Assembly (NCBI GenBank): GCA_002772995.1
Contig: PFCO01000005.1
Location: forward strand, 17,001 to 81,000
Origin: Candidatus Niyogibacteria bacterium CG10_big_fil_rev_8_21_14_0_10_46_36
GTDB taxonomy: Bacteria > Patescibacteriota > Minisyncoccia > 1-14-0-10-42-19
Length of the DNA stretch: 64,000 nt
Direction of reading: 5' to 3'
The translations under genes were made by a program, and so were the position numbers. The notes below the pieces were generated by a model, which saw only the letters and a program-made list of their open reading frames with translations, was not told where the DNA came from and did not search any database. Shown here piece after piece: positions 36,582-46,003 of this stretch (the first letter of the stretch is position 1; each line of letters begins with the position of its first letter).

Positions 36582-37526
36582 ATGTCGTATAATACAAGCA
36601 TGGCAAACAATCACTCGTTGCAGGAATTACACAAGCGATTCCTTGAATACATAGAAATAGAACGAGGCCGGTCTCTCAAAACGGTAAGGAATTATGACGC
36701 GTACCTCGCGCAATTTTTTCTATTTTCAAAAGCAAAGTTGCCGTCCGACATAACTGATGACCTTGTGCGCCAGTACCGCCTGTTCTTGAACCGCAAAACT
36801 GATGCGCGCGGAGGCACGCTCAAGAAAAAAACTCAAAACTATTATCTCATAGCGCTTCGCGGATTTTTAAAGTACCTTGCCCGTCAAAATATAAAATCTC
36901 TTCCCGCAGAACGGATAGAACTTGCCAAAACCGGCGACCGGGAGCTCGACCTTATATCAGAAAACGAATTAGGACGCCTGCTTGATGCCATCCCCAAAGA
37001 CACGGCATTCAAATCCCTCCGTGACCGAGCACTCTTGGAGCTTTTGTTCTCAAGCGGGCTCCGGGTATCCGAGCTCTGCTCTCTCAATCGCGACTCCATT
37101 AACACCCAGCGAAATGAATTTTCTATACGGGGGAAAGGAGAACGAGTACGGCTCGCGTTCGTATCCGATGAAGCAAAAACATATCTGGAACGCTACCTCG
37201 AATCCCGCAACGATATGAGCGATGCGCTCTTCGTAGGCGGACGGCCAAAAAAAGCGGGGTCGCTTATGGAGGCAACGCGTCTCACTTCCCGCTCTGTAGA
37301 ACGCATCGTAAAACACTACGCCATTAAGGCGGGCATTTCTAAAAAAGTAACCCCGCATGTACTCCGCCACATGTTTGCAACAAATCTCCTGCAAAACGGA
37401 GCGGATCTCCGGTCGGTTCAGCAGATGCTGGGGCACGCGAATGTAACCACAACGCAAATCTACACGCACATCACCAACAAACAACTCCGCGAAGTATATA
37501 AAAACTTCCACAAAAGAAAAAAATAA
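36582..37526 (+). CDS. Tyrosine recombinase XerC/XerD family
   Basis: RDRALLELLFSSGLRVSEL, HVLRHMFAT, LGHANVTTTQIYTHI (R...HxxR...Y). Start is uncertain; in-frame candidates are TTG 36567, ATG 36582 and ATG 36600. Confidence 0.75.
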   Translation: MSYNTSMANNHSLQELHKRFLEYIEIERGRSLKTVRNYDAYLAQFFLFSKAKLPSDITDDLVRQYRLFLNRKTDARGGTLKKKTQNYYLIALRGFLKYLARQNIKSLPAERIELAKTGDRELDLISENELGRLLDAIPKDTAFKSLRDRALLELLFSSGLRVSELCSLNRDSINTQRNEFSIRGKGERVRLAFVSDEAKTYLERYLESRNDMSDALFVGGRPKKAGSLMEATRLTSRSVERIVKHYAIKAGISKKVTPHVLRHMFATNLLQNGADLRSVQQMLGHANVTTTQIYTHITNKQLREVYKNFHKRKK

Positions 37527-37557
37527 CACCTTGGGGCAATGCCCCAAGGTGTTTTTA
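37526..37557. terminator. Bidirectional terminator between convergent genes
   Basis: ACACCTTGGGGC-AAT-GCCCCAAGGTGT followed by TTTTTATTTTT. Confidence 0.6.
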
Positions 37558-38205
37558 TTTTTGTGTGAACGCTTTTCTTCTTAAAAGCTCGTGTCGCATT
37601 TCGCGCTCATCCGGCCACCGCTTTCTAAATTCCGGATCCCAGGAAAAAGACCAGGGACTGTTTAAAAAATAGCTCCCGGAATGCTCAATGATAATCACCC
37701 GAAATGTAACGCTCTTTATCAGTATGTCCTCGCCGTTCTTTTCTGTAACAATAAACGCATCCTCAATCCGTTCAAATTCGGCATGAATAAAAACAAGATA
37801 TGCGTTTTCTTCTGCCGGCACATTGAATATCGGCTTTGCGTCTTCCGCCATATGCTTAGACTCTACTAATGATAGCTTTGCGCTACGCAAAAGATTATAA
37901 ACACCCACATACCCCTTTGCCTCTTTCGTTGCTGTTATGAAAGCATCGCGATATTGTTTCTTGAATTTTTTAAATTCTGCCTTGGGGTATATGATTTCTT
38001 TTTTGTGAAGCTCCCGACGAACCCGCTCGCTATGGTCAAAAAGAAAATCAAAATCATTCTTTTTGATAGCAAAACAAACACGTAAAGCGGCGTCCCCAGC
38101 CTCAAGCGATTGAGACATTGGGGGCGATTGTGCATTTTCAGCACCACTGGAACACGAAACAAAAAAGAGAGTGGAAAGCATTATCGCCATTCCAAGAAGT
38201 TTCAT
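37555..38205 (-). CDS. Hypothetical lipoprotein
   Basis: Signal peptide with lipobox LFFVSC. Confidence 0.4.
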   Translation of the reverse strand: MKLLGMAIMLSTLFFVSCSSGAENAQSPPMSQSLEAGDAALRVCFAIKKNDFDFLFDHSERVRRELHKKEIIYPKAEFKKFKKQYRDAFITATKEAKGYVGVYNLLRSAKLSLVESKHMAEDAKPIFNVPAEENAYLVFIHAEFERIEDAFIVTEKNGEDILIKSVTFRVIIIEHSGSYFLNSPWSFSWDPEFRKRWPDEREMRHELLRRKAFTQK

Positions 38206-38333
38206 TGATTTCCTCCTTTTTCTGTGTTTTTAAAAAACTATTTTTTATTATTATTTAGTAGCCATTATACACCAAAAATAATAAAAAATCAACCCCTCTC
38301 AGAGTTTAGCGCAAATCCCGAAAAGTCCTTTAT

Positions 38334-39341
38334 TTAGAAGGGGTTTGCAGCCCCCCGCACTTCAAAGTGTACATGACACCCGGTCGAAAGCCCAGTAGAG
38401 CCGACATATCCAATAACCTGCCCCTGAACGACGCGCCACCCCGCTCCTACAATAATAGAGCTCAAATGGGAATAAAGCGTCTGCGTTCCATTATTGTGGG
38501 CAATGACAATATATTCTCCATACCCCCCATTCCAGCCATACGAGCGCGCAACCATAACATTGCCTGAAGCAGACGCAACAACGGGCTCTCCGCACGATGT
38601 CGCAAGGTCAACTGCGTTGTACCCATGAAGACCCTGTGACTTTCTTCCGCCCGAGACAGGGCGCAAATAATACCCCACATATGTCGGGCCCCCTCCCCGC
38701 ACAATTGATCCTGACGAAGACACCGTCGGGGCATCAATTTCACCATTCGGAATAATAAGCGTCCCGCCCACCTTAAGGTCTACGCCGGAAGCTAAGTCGT
38801 TATATGCAAGAATTTCATCAGCGTCTCCTTTGTATTGCTTTGCAATAGAGCTGATAGTGTCTCCCTTCTTAATAGTATATTGCACGCCGGATACCGGAAG
38901 GATTAAAAGCGTCTGGCCCCGCTGGATGCTGGTAGCTCTCTTTATGTCATTTGCCCAAATGATAGTATTCACGCTTACATCAAACATTTTTGCAATCTGA
39001 GAAAGCGTGTCCCCGTCTCTTACAACATAAATGGATATCGTTGTAGATCTATTCAATTCGTTTGCTATGTCCGCCAAGCTCCCTAAGGGGCCAGAAACAG
39101 ACAAAAGCGCATTACCGCCTACAACGGCGATTTCCCCTCCCCCTTGTCCCGCTTTCAAATCGGCAACATAGTTATTTGCGAGAAGCGGAATGTTTTGTGC
39201 ACCGAATTCCGGAGCAATATCAAGCCTCTCATCTGCGACAAAGAGCTTTCCAATAAAAGAGAAAAGGCCCGCATGCACCAACAAAGGAGCAGAAATGAAC
39301 AGCACGACAAACAGCCCCCCAAAAAATCTTTTGCGCAGCAA
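38334..39341 (-). CDS. LysM-domain peptidoglycan hydrolase, M23 (LytM) peptidase family
   Basis: Two LysM repeats (YVVRDGDTLSQIAKMF..., YTIKKGDTISSIAKQY...). The C-terminus has HGYNAVDL...GSTGLSTGCHVHFEV, the M23 HxxxD ... HxH pattern. Confidence 0.75.
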   Translation of the reverse strand: MLRKRFFGGLFVVLFISAPLLVHAGLFSFIGKLFVADERLDIAPEFGAQNIPLLANNYVADLKAGQGGGEIAVVGGNALLSVSGPLGSLADIANELNRSTTISIYVVRDGDTLSQIAKMFDVSVNTIIWANDIKRATSIQRGQTLLILPVSGVQYTIKKGDTISSIAKQYKGDADEILAYNDLASGVDLKVGGTLIIPNGEIDAPTVSSSGSIVRGGGPTYVGYYLRPVSGGRKSQGLHGYNAVDLATSCGEPVVASASGNVMVARSYGWNGGYGEYIVIAHNNGTQTLYSHLSSIIVGAGWRVVQGQVIGYVGSTGLSTGCHVHFEVRGAANPF

Positions 39342-39883
39342 AAAAGAAACAATGGTCCGTATAGAGCCTCGACCCGAATGAGTACTTGGAGGGTCTTGGT
39401 GTTCTGAGATGGTAGAAATAAGCCAGTTCCTTTTTTATAGCCCCAGCGCATCTCCGTCCTTCATCTTTCGTGTTCCAAACCTGCCTTCCCTAAGATGCCT
39501 GTTGCCCCTTATACGGCAAGAAAACCATGAAACCAACTCGCCTGTATAAGAAATTTAAAAGTGACAGAATTATATGTTGTAGAGACACAAAACTACAGAA
39601 TTATGCCCAAAAACAAAGAAAAAGTAACCATTCGGCCACTCCCAGACAGTATATCATTTCTTCCTCAAAATTCAATTTTGTTATGCACAGCTTTTCCACC
39701 CCGCTAGAAGCTCAATGGGAGCATTCCTTTTCACGGCCGAAGCGCTTTAAGCATGACAAACACAGACCCCCTTTTTACACAAAAGAAAAATAGGCATGAT
39801 TTTTGCTTTACAAAACCTCTCACAGGACACGCCCTCCTTAATACGCATACACTATGACAAAAAATGGTCTATAATAGCCTACA

Positions 39884-41806
39884 ATGAACAACACGCACCA
39901 CGCAGAGCCGGCTTCTTTCAACCCCGCTCAAAAAGAAGCGGTTCAGCACACAAAAGGGCCTCTATTAATATTGGCGGGAGCCGGTTCGGGTAAAACGCGC
40001 GTTCTCACTCATCGGATAGCCCACATCATTCAAAAAGGAACGCCGCCGCACCATGTTCTCGCGGTTACATTTACAAACAAAGCTGCGCAGGAAATGAAAA
40101 AGCGGATTCATGCGCTGCTCGGGGCGCCTCCCTCTCCCGCGGGGACGCCATGGATAGGGACATTCCATTCGCTTGGCGGATATATTCTCCGTAACGAATT
40201 TCAAAGAACGCGGCTTCCAAAACATTTTTCCATTTTTGACGAAGAAGACTCCCTTTCGCTTATAAAAGAATCCATCAAAGAACTGGCGCTTGACCCGAAA
40301 CAATTTCAGCCCACGCGCATCCGCGGATTTATTTCCCAAAAAAAGGGGGAGCTGGTAACACATGACATTTTTCGTGAAGAGAGCGGAGAGCATTACTACA
40401 CGCGGATTATAAGCACCGTCTGGGATCTTTACGAAGAAAAACTTCGGGCACAGAAAGGAGCAGATTTTGACGATCTCCTGCTGCTTCCTGTGGTGCTGTT
40501 CCGGGAACACCCGGACATACGAGATGCATACCAAAAAAAATGGTCCTACATCCATATTGACGAGTACCAGGACACGAACCACGCACAATATATTCTTGCC
40601 GGCATCCTCGCAAAAAAGCATGGCAATATCTGCGTTGTCGGAGACATAGACCAATGCATTTATTCTTGGCGGGGCGCAGACTTTAGAAACATCCTCGCAT
40701 TTGAGAATGACTGGCCGGATGGGCGCGTCATTACTTTGGAAGAAAATTACCGCTCCACCCAGATTATTCTGGATGCGGCAAACACGGTGATTGAAAAAAA
40801 TAAGCACCGAAGACCGAAAAATCTTTTCACCCAAAAACAAGGAGGAGAAAAAATAGTACTTATACCCACGCCATCCGAAAAGGACGAAGCGCGCTACGTC
40901 GTTGAATCCATACGCGCCGTACGCGAAAAAGGCCTTCAATTAAGGGAAATTGCGGTTCTCATGCGTACGAATTTCCAATCGCGCATCCTTGAAGAAGCCT
41001 TTCTGGAGTCGCGCATCCCCTACCGCCTTACCGGAGTTAAATTCTTTAACCGGAAAGAAATAAAAGACATCCTTGCATATGTCAAAGCATCGCTTAACCG
41101 GGATGACCTCGTAAGCGTAAAAAGAATAATAAACGCGCCAACACGGGGTATTGGACCAACTCTCACGCTCAAAATCCTCGGAGGAGTGCCGCTAAAACCG
41201 CGCGAAGAAGAAAAAAGAAACGCCTTCGTTGCGCTTCTTGATGAAGTCAAGAAAACAACAACAACGCTCCCCCCGTCAAAGGCATTCAAAACAATATTGA
41301 AAAAGACCGGATATATGAATATGTGGGACGAAGAAACTGAAGAGGGCGCCATGCGCATAGCAAACCTCAAAGAACTCGTGAGCCTTGCTACACGATACGA
41401 TACGCACAACCCAGAAACAGGCATGCATGCGCTCCTTGAGGATGCGGCACTCATGTCAGAACAAGACGCCATACAAGAAGATGAGGACGCGGTACATATT
41501 ATGACTGTGCATGCCGCAAAGGGCCTCGAATTTGACCAGGTGTTTTTGGTTGGACTTGAAGATGGCTTATTCCCTCACATAGCGCTCGCCGGCGAGAACG
41601 AAGAGGAGCGCGGAGAAGAAGAGCGCCGTTTATTTTATGTAGCGCTTACCCGCGCGCGCAAAAAAATTGTTATTTCGTTTTCTCTTGTCCGCACCATATT
41701 CGGGGAAAAGCGAGTCAATGCGCCGTCAAGATTTTTATCTGACATTCCGGGGCATCTCGTAGAAAACATTATGGATACGGAGGGCATTATTCATTACGAC
41801 CTATAA
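39884..41806 (+). CDS. ATP-dependent DNA helicase PcrA/UvrD family
   Basis: LAGAGSGKTRVLTHR (motif I), IHIDEYQDTN (motif II), VGDIDQCIYSWRGA, C-terminal VALTRAR. Confidence 0.85.
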   Translation: MNNTHHAEPASFNPAQKEAVQHTKGPLLILAGAGSGKTRVLTHRIAHIIQKGTPPHHVLAVTFTNKAAQEMKKRIHALLGAPPSPAGTPWIGTFHSLGGYILRNEFQRTRLPKHFSIFDEEDSLSLIKESIKELALDPKQFQPTRIRGFISQKKGELVTHDIFREESGEHYYTRIISTVWDLYEEKLRAQKGADFDDLLLLPVVLFREHPDIRDAYQKKWSYIHIDEYQDTNHAQYILAGILAKKHGNICVVGDIDQCIYSWRGADFRNILAFENDWPDGRVITLEENYRSTQIILDAANTVIEKNKHRRPKNLFTQKQGGEKIVLIPTPSEKDEARYVVESIRAVREKGLQLREIAVLMRTNFQSRILEEAFLESRIPYRLTGVKFFNRKEIKDILAYVKASLNRDDLVSVKRIINAPTRGIGPTLTLKILGGVPLKPREEEKRNAFVALLDEVKKTTTTLPPSKAFKTILKKTGYMNMWDEETEEGAMRIANLKELVSLATRYDTHNPETGMHALLEDAALMSEQDAIQEDEDAVHIMTVHAAKGLEFDQVFLVGLEDGLFPHIALAGENEEERGEEERRLFYVALTRARKKIVISFSLVRTIFGEKRVNAPSRFLSDIPGHLVENIMDTEGIIHYDL

Positions 41807-41812
41807 TCACAC

Positions 41813-42595
41813 ATGAAAAAACTTGGCCAACATTTTCTTACATCAAAAAATATTGCGGAACGCATTGCAGGCGCCGCGGATATATCTTCGCGCGACACCA
41901 TCCTCGAAATAGGGCCGGGGAAGGGCGCGTTAACGCGCGCGCTCCTGGAAAAAAATCCGAAAAAAATCATTGCTGTAGAAAAAGACACGAGACTTATTCC
42001 TGTGCTACAGGCCTTGTTCGGTGACAAAAAAAAATTTTCTGTAATCGAGGGCGATATCCGCGAACTAGTGCAAAAAAATCAGCTCAAAAAACAGCTCGGG
42101 ACTTCCTATAAAGTGGTGGCGAATATCCCCTACTACCTAACCTCATACCTTATCCGCATATTGCTGGAAAACGGCTTAACAAAGCCAAAATCAATTGTTT
42201 TCATGGTACAAAAAGAAGTCGCGTTTCGTATCGCGCAAAAACCCCCTCATATGAATCTTTTGGCGCTTTCCGCGCAAAGCGCAGGAGATGTCCGTGTTGC
42301 GTTCACTGTTCCAAAAAAATATTTTTCTCCAAAGCCAAAAGTGGATTCCGCGGTGATAGTGATAGACAACATATCACAAAAGTTTTTTACGCGCGTCGAC
42401 AAAAAAAAATTTTTTGCCCTTTTGCATGTAGGCTTTTCAAGCAAACGAAAAATGCTTGCGAGCAATCTCATAAAAAAATATTCCATCCCGCGATCCGAGA
42501 TAGAACATGTGTTCCGCGCATGCGCCATTGACACAAAAGCTCGCGCCGAAAATCTTTCACTCAAAGATTGGAAGTGCATATGTGCAGAGATATAA
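41813..42595 (+). CDS. rsmA: 16S rRNA A1518/A1519 dimethyltransferase
   Basis: LGQHFLTSKNIAERI, ILEIGPGKGALT, NIPYY. Confidence 0.85.
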   Translation: MKKLGQHFLTSKNIAERIAGAADISSRDTILEIGPGKGALTRALLEKNPKKIIAVEKDTRLIPVLQALFGDKKKFSVIEGDIRELVQKNQLKKQLGTSYKVVANIPYYLTSYLIRILLENGLTKPKSIVFMVQKEVAFRIAQKPPHMNLLALSAQSAGDVRVAFTVPKKYFSPKPKVDSAVIVIDNISQKFFTRVDKKKFFALLHVGFSSKRKMLASNLIKKYSIPRSEIEHVFRACAIDTKARAENLSLKDWKCICAEI

Positions 42596-42604
42596 CAATA
42601 CTGT

Positions 42605-43612
42605 TTACCCGCACCCGCAAATGCCAGTGTCTTCGTCCCAAATGGCATTCGGCCAAGCAGCACACACTCCATTCAAACACCCGATAGGAACTCCGCCGGC
42701 ACTGCAATTACAGCATGGTGCGAATGTATTAAAACCGCACACAAGATTGAACGGTGCAAAATCTTTATAACACCCTCCCGTAATTTCCCCAACGCCAAGC
42801 CCTCCCGCAATTCCAGCAACAGTCGCTGCCCCTCCGGTAAGATCAAAAATGAGTCCGCACCCCTGAAATATATCACCGCCTGGAGTTTGCGCATGCGCCT
42901 CTTGCGCTGAGCTCATAAAACGGAGGTACTCTATAAAACGCATAAGAGAAGCATATGTCTCTTTCTTTTCAAAAAGAGCGCTGCCGTTTTCCAAAGCTTC
43001 ATATTCAAGAAACGCACGCTCAAGAATGCTTCGTTCCTGCCCAATAAGAAGCGGGAGCTCTCCCTGCAGCGTAGAACGAAACTGTTCCGCTTGAAATAAA
43101 GAAATGTGCTGCTTTGATTCCATGTAATCCACCATATGAAGCAACAAAGAAAATATCTCTTGGTCGGTAGAGAAATTTGATCTTTCCGACTCAGACAAAA
43201 ACCCCTCGCGGATCAGAATATCTTGGAGGGTTGCCAGATATTCTTTGTATTCTGTAGGCCATACAAACGAAAATACCTCCTCATCAGTAAGCGGCCGGAG
43301 GTTCTTTTTTTTGCCCTCTTTCTCTAAAACCGGATCTTTTGAAGATTCAGGCTCCTGAAATATGCCCCCCGCATAAGAAGAAAAGCGCACCAACGGGTCA
43401 ACAAAAGTGGCTCTGAAATCATTGCTATATAAGGAAAATCCGCCCCCTTCCATTCTTTTCTCGGTATCGGACAAGAATCTTTGTGCTTGTTCTCCATCTT
43501 GGGGAGTGGGTGTGTTTGGATGCCACAAAAAAAGCAGTGAAAAGGAAATAATAAGAAATAATGCGCCTGTAACAATGCTTTTGATGAATTTTTTATCCAT
43601 TATGTTCATCAT
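42605..43612 (-). CDS. Hypothetical N-anchored protein with Gly/Cys-rich C-terminus
   Basis: TM IVTGALFLIISFSLLFLW. C-terminal GCGLIFDLTGG...GGCYKDFAPFNLVCGFNTFAPCCNCSAGGVPIGCLNGVCAAW...GICGCG. Confidence 0.4.
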   Translation of the reverse strand: MMNIMDKKFIKSIVTGALFLIISFSLLFLWHPNTPTPQDGEQAQRFLSDTEKRMEGGGFSLYSNDFRATFVDPLVRFSSYAGGIFQEPESSKDPVLEKEGKKKNLRPLTDEEVFSFVWPTEYKEYLATLQDILIREGFLSESERSNFSTDQEIFSLLLHMVDYMESKQHISLFQAEQFRSTLQGELPLLIGQERSILERAFLEYEALENGSALFEKKETYASLMRFIEYLRFMSSAQEAHAQTPGGDIFQGCGLIFDLTGGAATVAGIAGGLGVGEITGGCYKDFAPFNLVCGFNTFAPCCNCSAGGVPIGCLNGVCAAWPNAIWDEDTGICGCG

Positions 43613-43753
43613 ATCTTTCTTTTAAGCCGCCGCCAATCCGCATTCCTGCCGTACACAAGTGGAGGTTTTCCACATAAACCCATTTCCTAAGGGAAATAAG
43701 CGTTTTTCGGGTGCTATAATAAAGTAAAGAATAACATAATACATTAAACGGTT

Positions 43754-44740
43754 TTGGAACCACAATCACATAAAAACGCAATCATTATATTTCTTGCGCT
43801 CCTGCTCATTGTGGGAGGGTGGTTTTCTATATTTGAATTAAAAAATACCCAGGAAAAAGTTGCGTACTCTTCTCCGAAAGAAAAAACCGCTGAGAATGAT
43901 TCCTACATTGGGCAGGATAAGGACGGCGACGGACTTTTAGACTGGGCAGAAGAACTTTTAGGGACGGATCCGGCAAATCCGGATACTGATAATGATGGCA
44001 CACCGGACGGAGAAGAAATAACGCTCAAGAGAAACCCTCTAAAAGCAGATAACGATGCGCTCTCTCTCCCTGAGAATGATGGAAAAAGTCTTTCCGGCCT
44101 AAGTGCTCAAATCGCAGGCGGGATTGCGGGTGAATATTTGCTGCTCAAAGAAAAGGGGGGCGCAAACCAAGAAGAAATTATTAATACGCTCACCGCGCAG
44201 ATCGTATCGCGCATCAACGCAGCGGGCGCCATTGCCGATGCGTACACAGTAAAAGATATCCGGACTATTGCTTCCAGCCCCGCTGTAACGCACGCATATA
44301 TAAACGAGGTGGGCAGCATATTGAATGCGCGCTTTGCAAACATAAACACCGGTGAAATTGAATTATTAAATGCCATTATCGAGACTCAGTCATTTGATCG
44401 CTTGCAGGAATTTGATACATATGTCCGAGCTTACGAAAATGCAATGCGTGATCTCTTGGCGCTTTCCGCACCCGACTCATTTTCTTCAATGCATATCGCA
44501 CTTATAAATAATTTTTCCAATCTTTCGCGCATCAACACATCATTTGTGCAGTTTGAAACGGACCCCGCGTCCGCCCTTGTTAATCTCCGTTATTATCAAA
44601 GTGAAACAGAACGCTTCAAAATAGTTATAAAAAATATCAATGTTGTACTTGAGCAAGCCGGCGTCTTTTTTGCCGACACAGAAAACGGTTCTGTGGTGGT
44701 GGAATATTATAACGAACTTAAAAACAACGGGGCAATTTAA
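43754..44740 (+). CDS. N-anchored protein with thrombospondin-type-3-like Ca-binding repeats
   Basis: TM, then DKDGDGLLDWAEE and DTDNDGTPDGEE (DxDxDG motifs). Confidence 0.45.
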   Translation: MEPQSHKNAIIIFLALLLIVGGWFSIFELKNTQEKVAYSSPKEKTAENDSYIGQDKDGDGLLDWAEELLGTDPANPDTDNDGTPDGEEITLKRNPLKADNDALSLPENDGKSLSGLSAQIAGGIAGEYLLLKEKGGANQEEIINTLTAQIVSRINAAGAIADAYTVKDIRTIASSPAVTHAYINEVGSILNARFANINTGEIELLNAIIETQSFDRLQEFDTYVRAYENAMRDLLALSAPDSFSSMHIALINNFSNLSRINTSFVQFETDPASALVNLRYYQSETERFKIVIKNINVVLEQAGVFFADTENGSVVVEYYNELKNNGAI

Positions 44741-44744
44741 TACT

Positions 44745-46001
44745 ATGTCTGCATCTGTTAAAAAAATTATATTAAGCGCACTCATTCTCGGCATAGCCGC
44801 TCCTTTGTTCTTTTTTGCGTTACCGCAAAAGACAGAAGCAAGTGTTCCGGTACATGAAACAGCGCTCCTGAAAGAGGGACCATATGACATTGCAGCATAC
44901 ACCATAGCAAAACAGCTTTGGCGTCAGCTTATCCGTGATATTGTCGGATGGATACAAACAGGAAATATTTATGGAGGACCTCTTTTTGTCCAAAACTTTG
45001 ATGTTTTTTTTCACCAGCTTACACGTGATGGCGTCGCTATATTTATCGATAGCCTTCTTGATCCTATAACCCAAAAAAACATACCGAGCCCCTTTCGTGA
45101 CATAATCACCGAATCCGCAGTAATTACTCTCAATACATCTTCGGCAAACCTTAAATCAAGTCTAACGGGCATAGTCCCCGATGAAACTGTTTTTTATAAA
45201 GACCTTTCCGAGGGAGGAATGATTGGTTTGCGAGAAATTCTCACAACCCCGCAAAGCAGCCTTACAGGCCGCCTTCTTGTAGCGCTTGATGATGCTGACA
45301 GGCAAGCAGCCCTGGAAACACAATCAGGCAGCACCGAAATATCTTCATCCGAAGGATTTTGGGGATATGCTGACTGCATAGGATGGATAGAAGACTTCGG
45401 CAGCGGAAGGAATGTCTGTCTCGGCCGCAGTGTTAAAACGCCGGGCTCAAACGCTCAGGATCTTTTAGCGTCAGCTCTTGAGTCAGACATAGACACGCTT
45501 GAAGTAGCAGACGAACTCCAAGAAATAATTGCGGCAATCCTTGACCGGCTCATGTTCAGCATACTTGACTTCGACCTGTCAGACGCAAGCCTTGATCCGT
45601 TTAGCGGCATAGACAGAACGCCTCCAAGTGGAGGTGGAGGAAGTGGCGGAGGCAGCGGGGGCATTACTCCCCCAGCAGGAGGACAGGTGGTTGCAAATCC
45701 CGTTTGTCTCACCAACGGAACTCCTGCAATAAACATCACTTGGAGCATAGACACCGCAAATGTGGTAAACACGATTGCTGTTGTTCGTTACTGCACCGGG
45801 CAAGCATGCGTCCCCACAACATCAAGCCCTGTTGCGTGTATAAGCCCGACCTCTGCATCTTCATGCGTCCAAGACGGAATTACCTCCGGAGGCACATATA
45901 CATACAAGGTATTTGTTTATCAAACCCTGCAAGACACAAATAGCCCTCCCCTTACAACAAGTTCAAATGTATTTGCTGCTACAGCATTAACCTGTAATTA
46001 A
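44745..46001 (+). CDS. Secreted hypothetical protein (signal peptide, Gly-rich linker, Cys-containing Ser/Thr-rich C-terminal domain)
   Basis: Start trimmed to ATG 44745 (MSASVKKIILSALILGIAAPLFFFALPQKTEA). GGGGSGGGSGG linker. Confidence 0.4.
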   Translation: MSASVKKIILSALILGIAAPLFFFALPQKTEASVPVHETALLKEGPYDIAAYTIAKQLWRQLIRDIVGWIQTGNIYGGPLFVQNFDVFFHQLTRDGVAIFIDSLLDPITQKNIPSPFRDIITESAVITLNTSSANLKSSLTGIVPDETVFYKDLSEGGMIGLREILTTPQSSLTGRLLVALDDADRQAALETQSGSTEISSSEGFWGYADCIGWIEDFGSGRNVCLGRSVKTPGSNAQDLLASALESDIDTLEVADELQEIIAAILDRLMFSILDFDLSDASLDPFSGIDRTPPSGGGGSGGGSGGITPPAGGQVVANPVCLTNGTPAINITWSIDTANVVNTIAVVRYCTGQACVPTTSSPVACISPTSASSCVQDGITSGGTYTYKVFVYQTLQDTNSPPLTTSSNVFAATALTCN

Positions 46002-46003
46002 TT

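Noticed and set aside
39527-39793. 88-aa ORF in the lysM-M23 / pcrA intergenic region
   Set aside because: K/R/S-rich low-complexity translation, no RBS and no recognisable domain. The region more likely holds promoters, e.g. TATAAT at 39868-39873 for pcrA.
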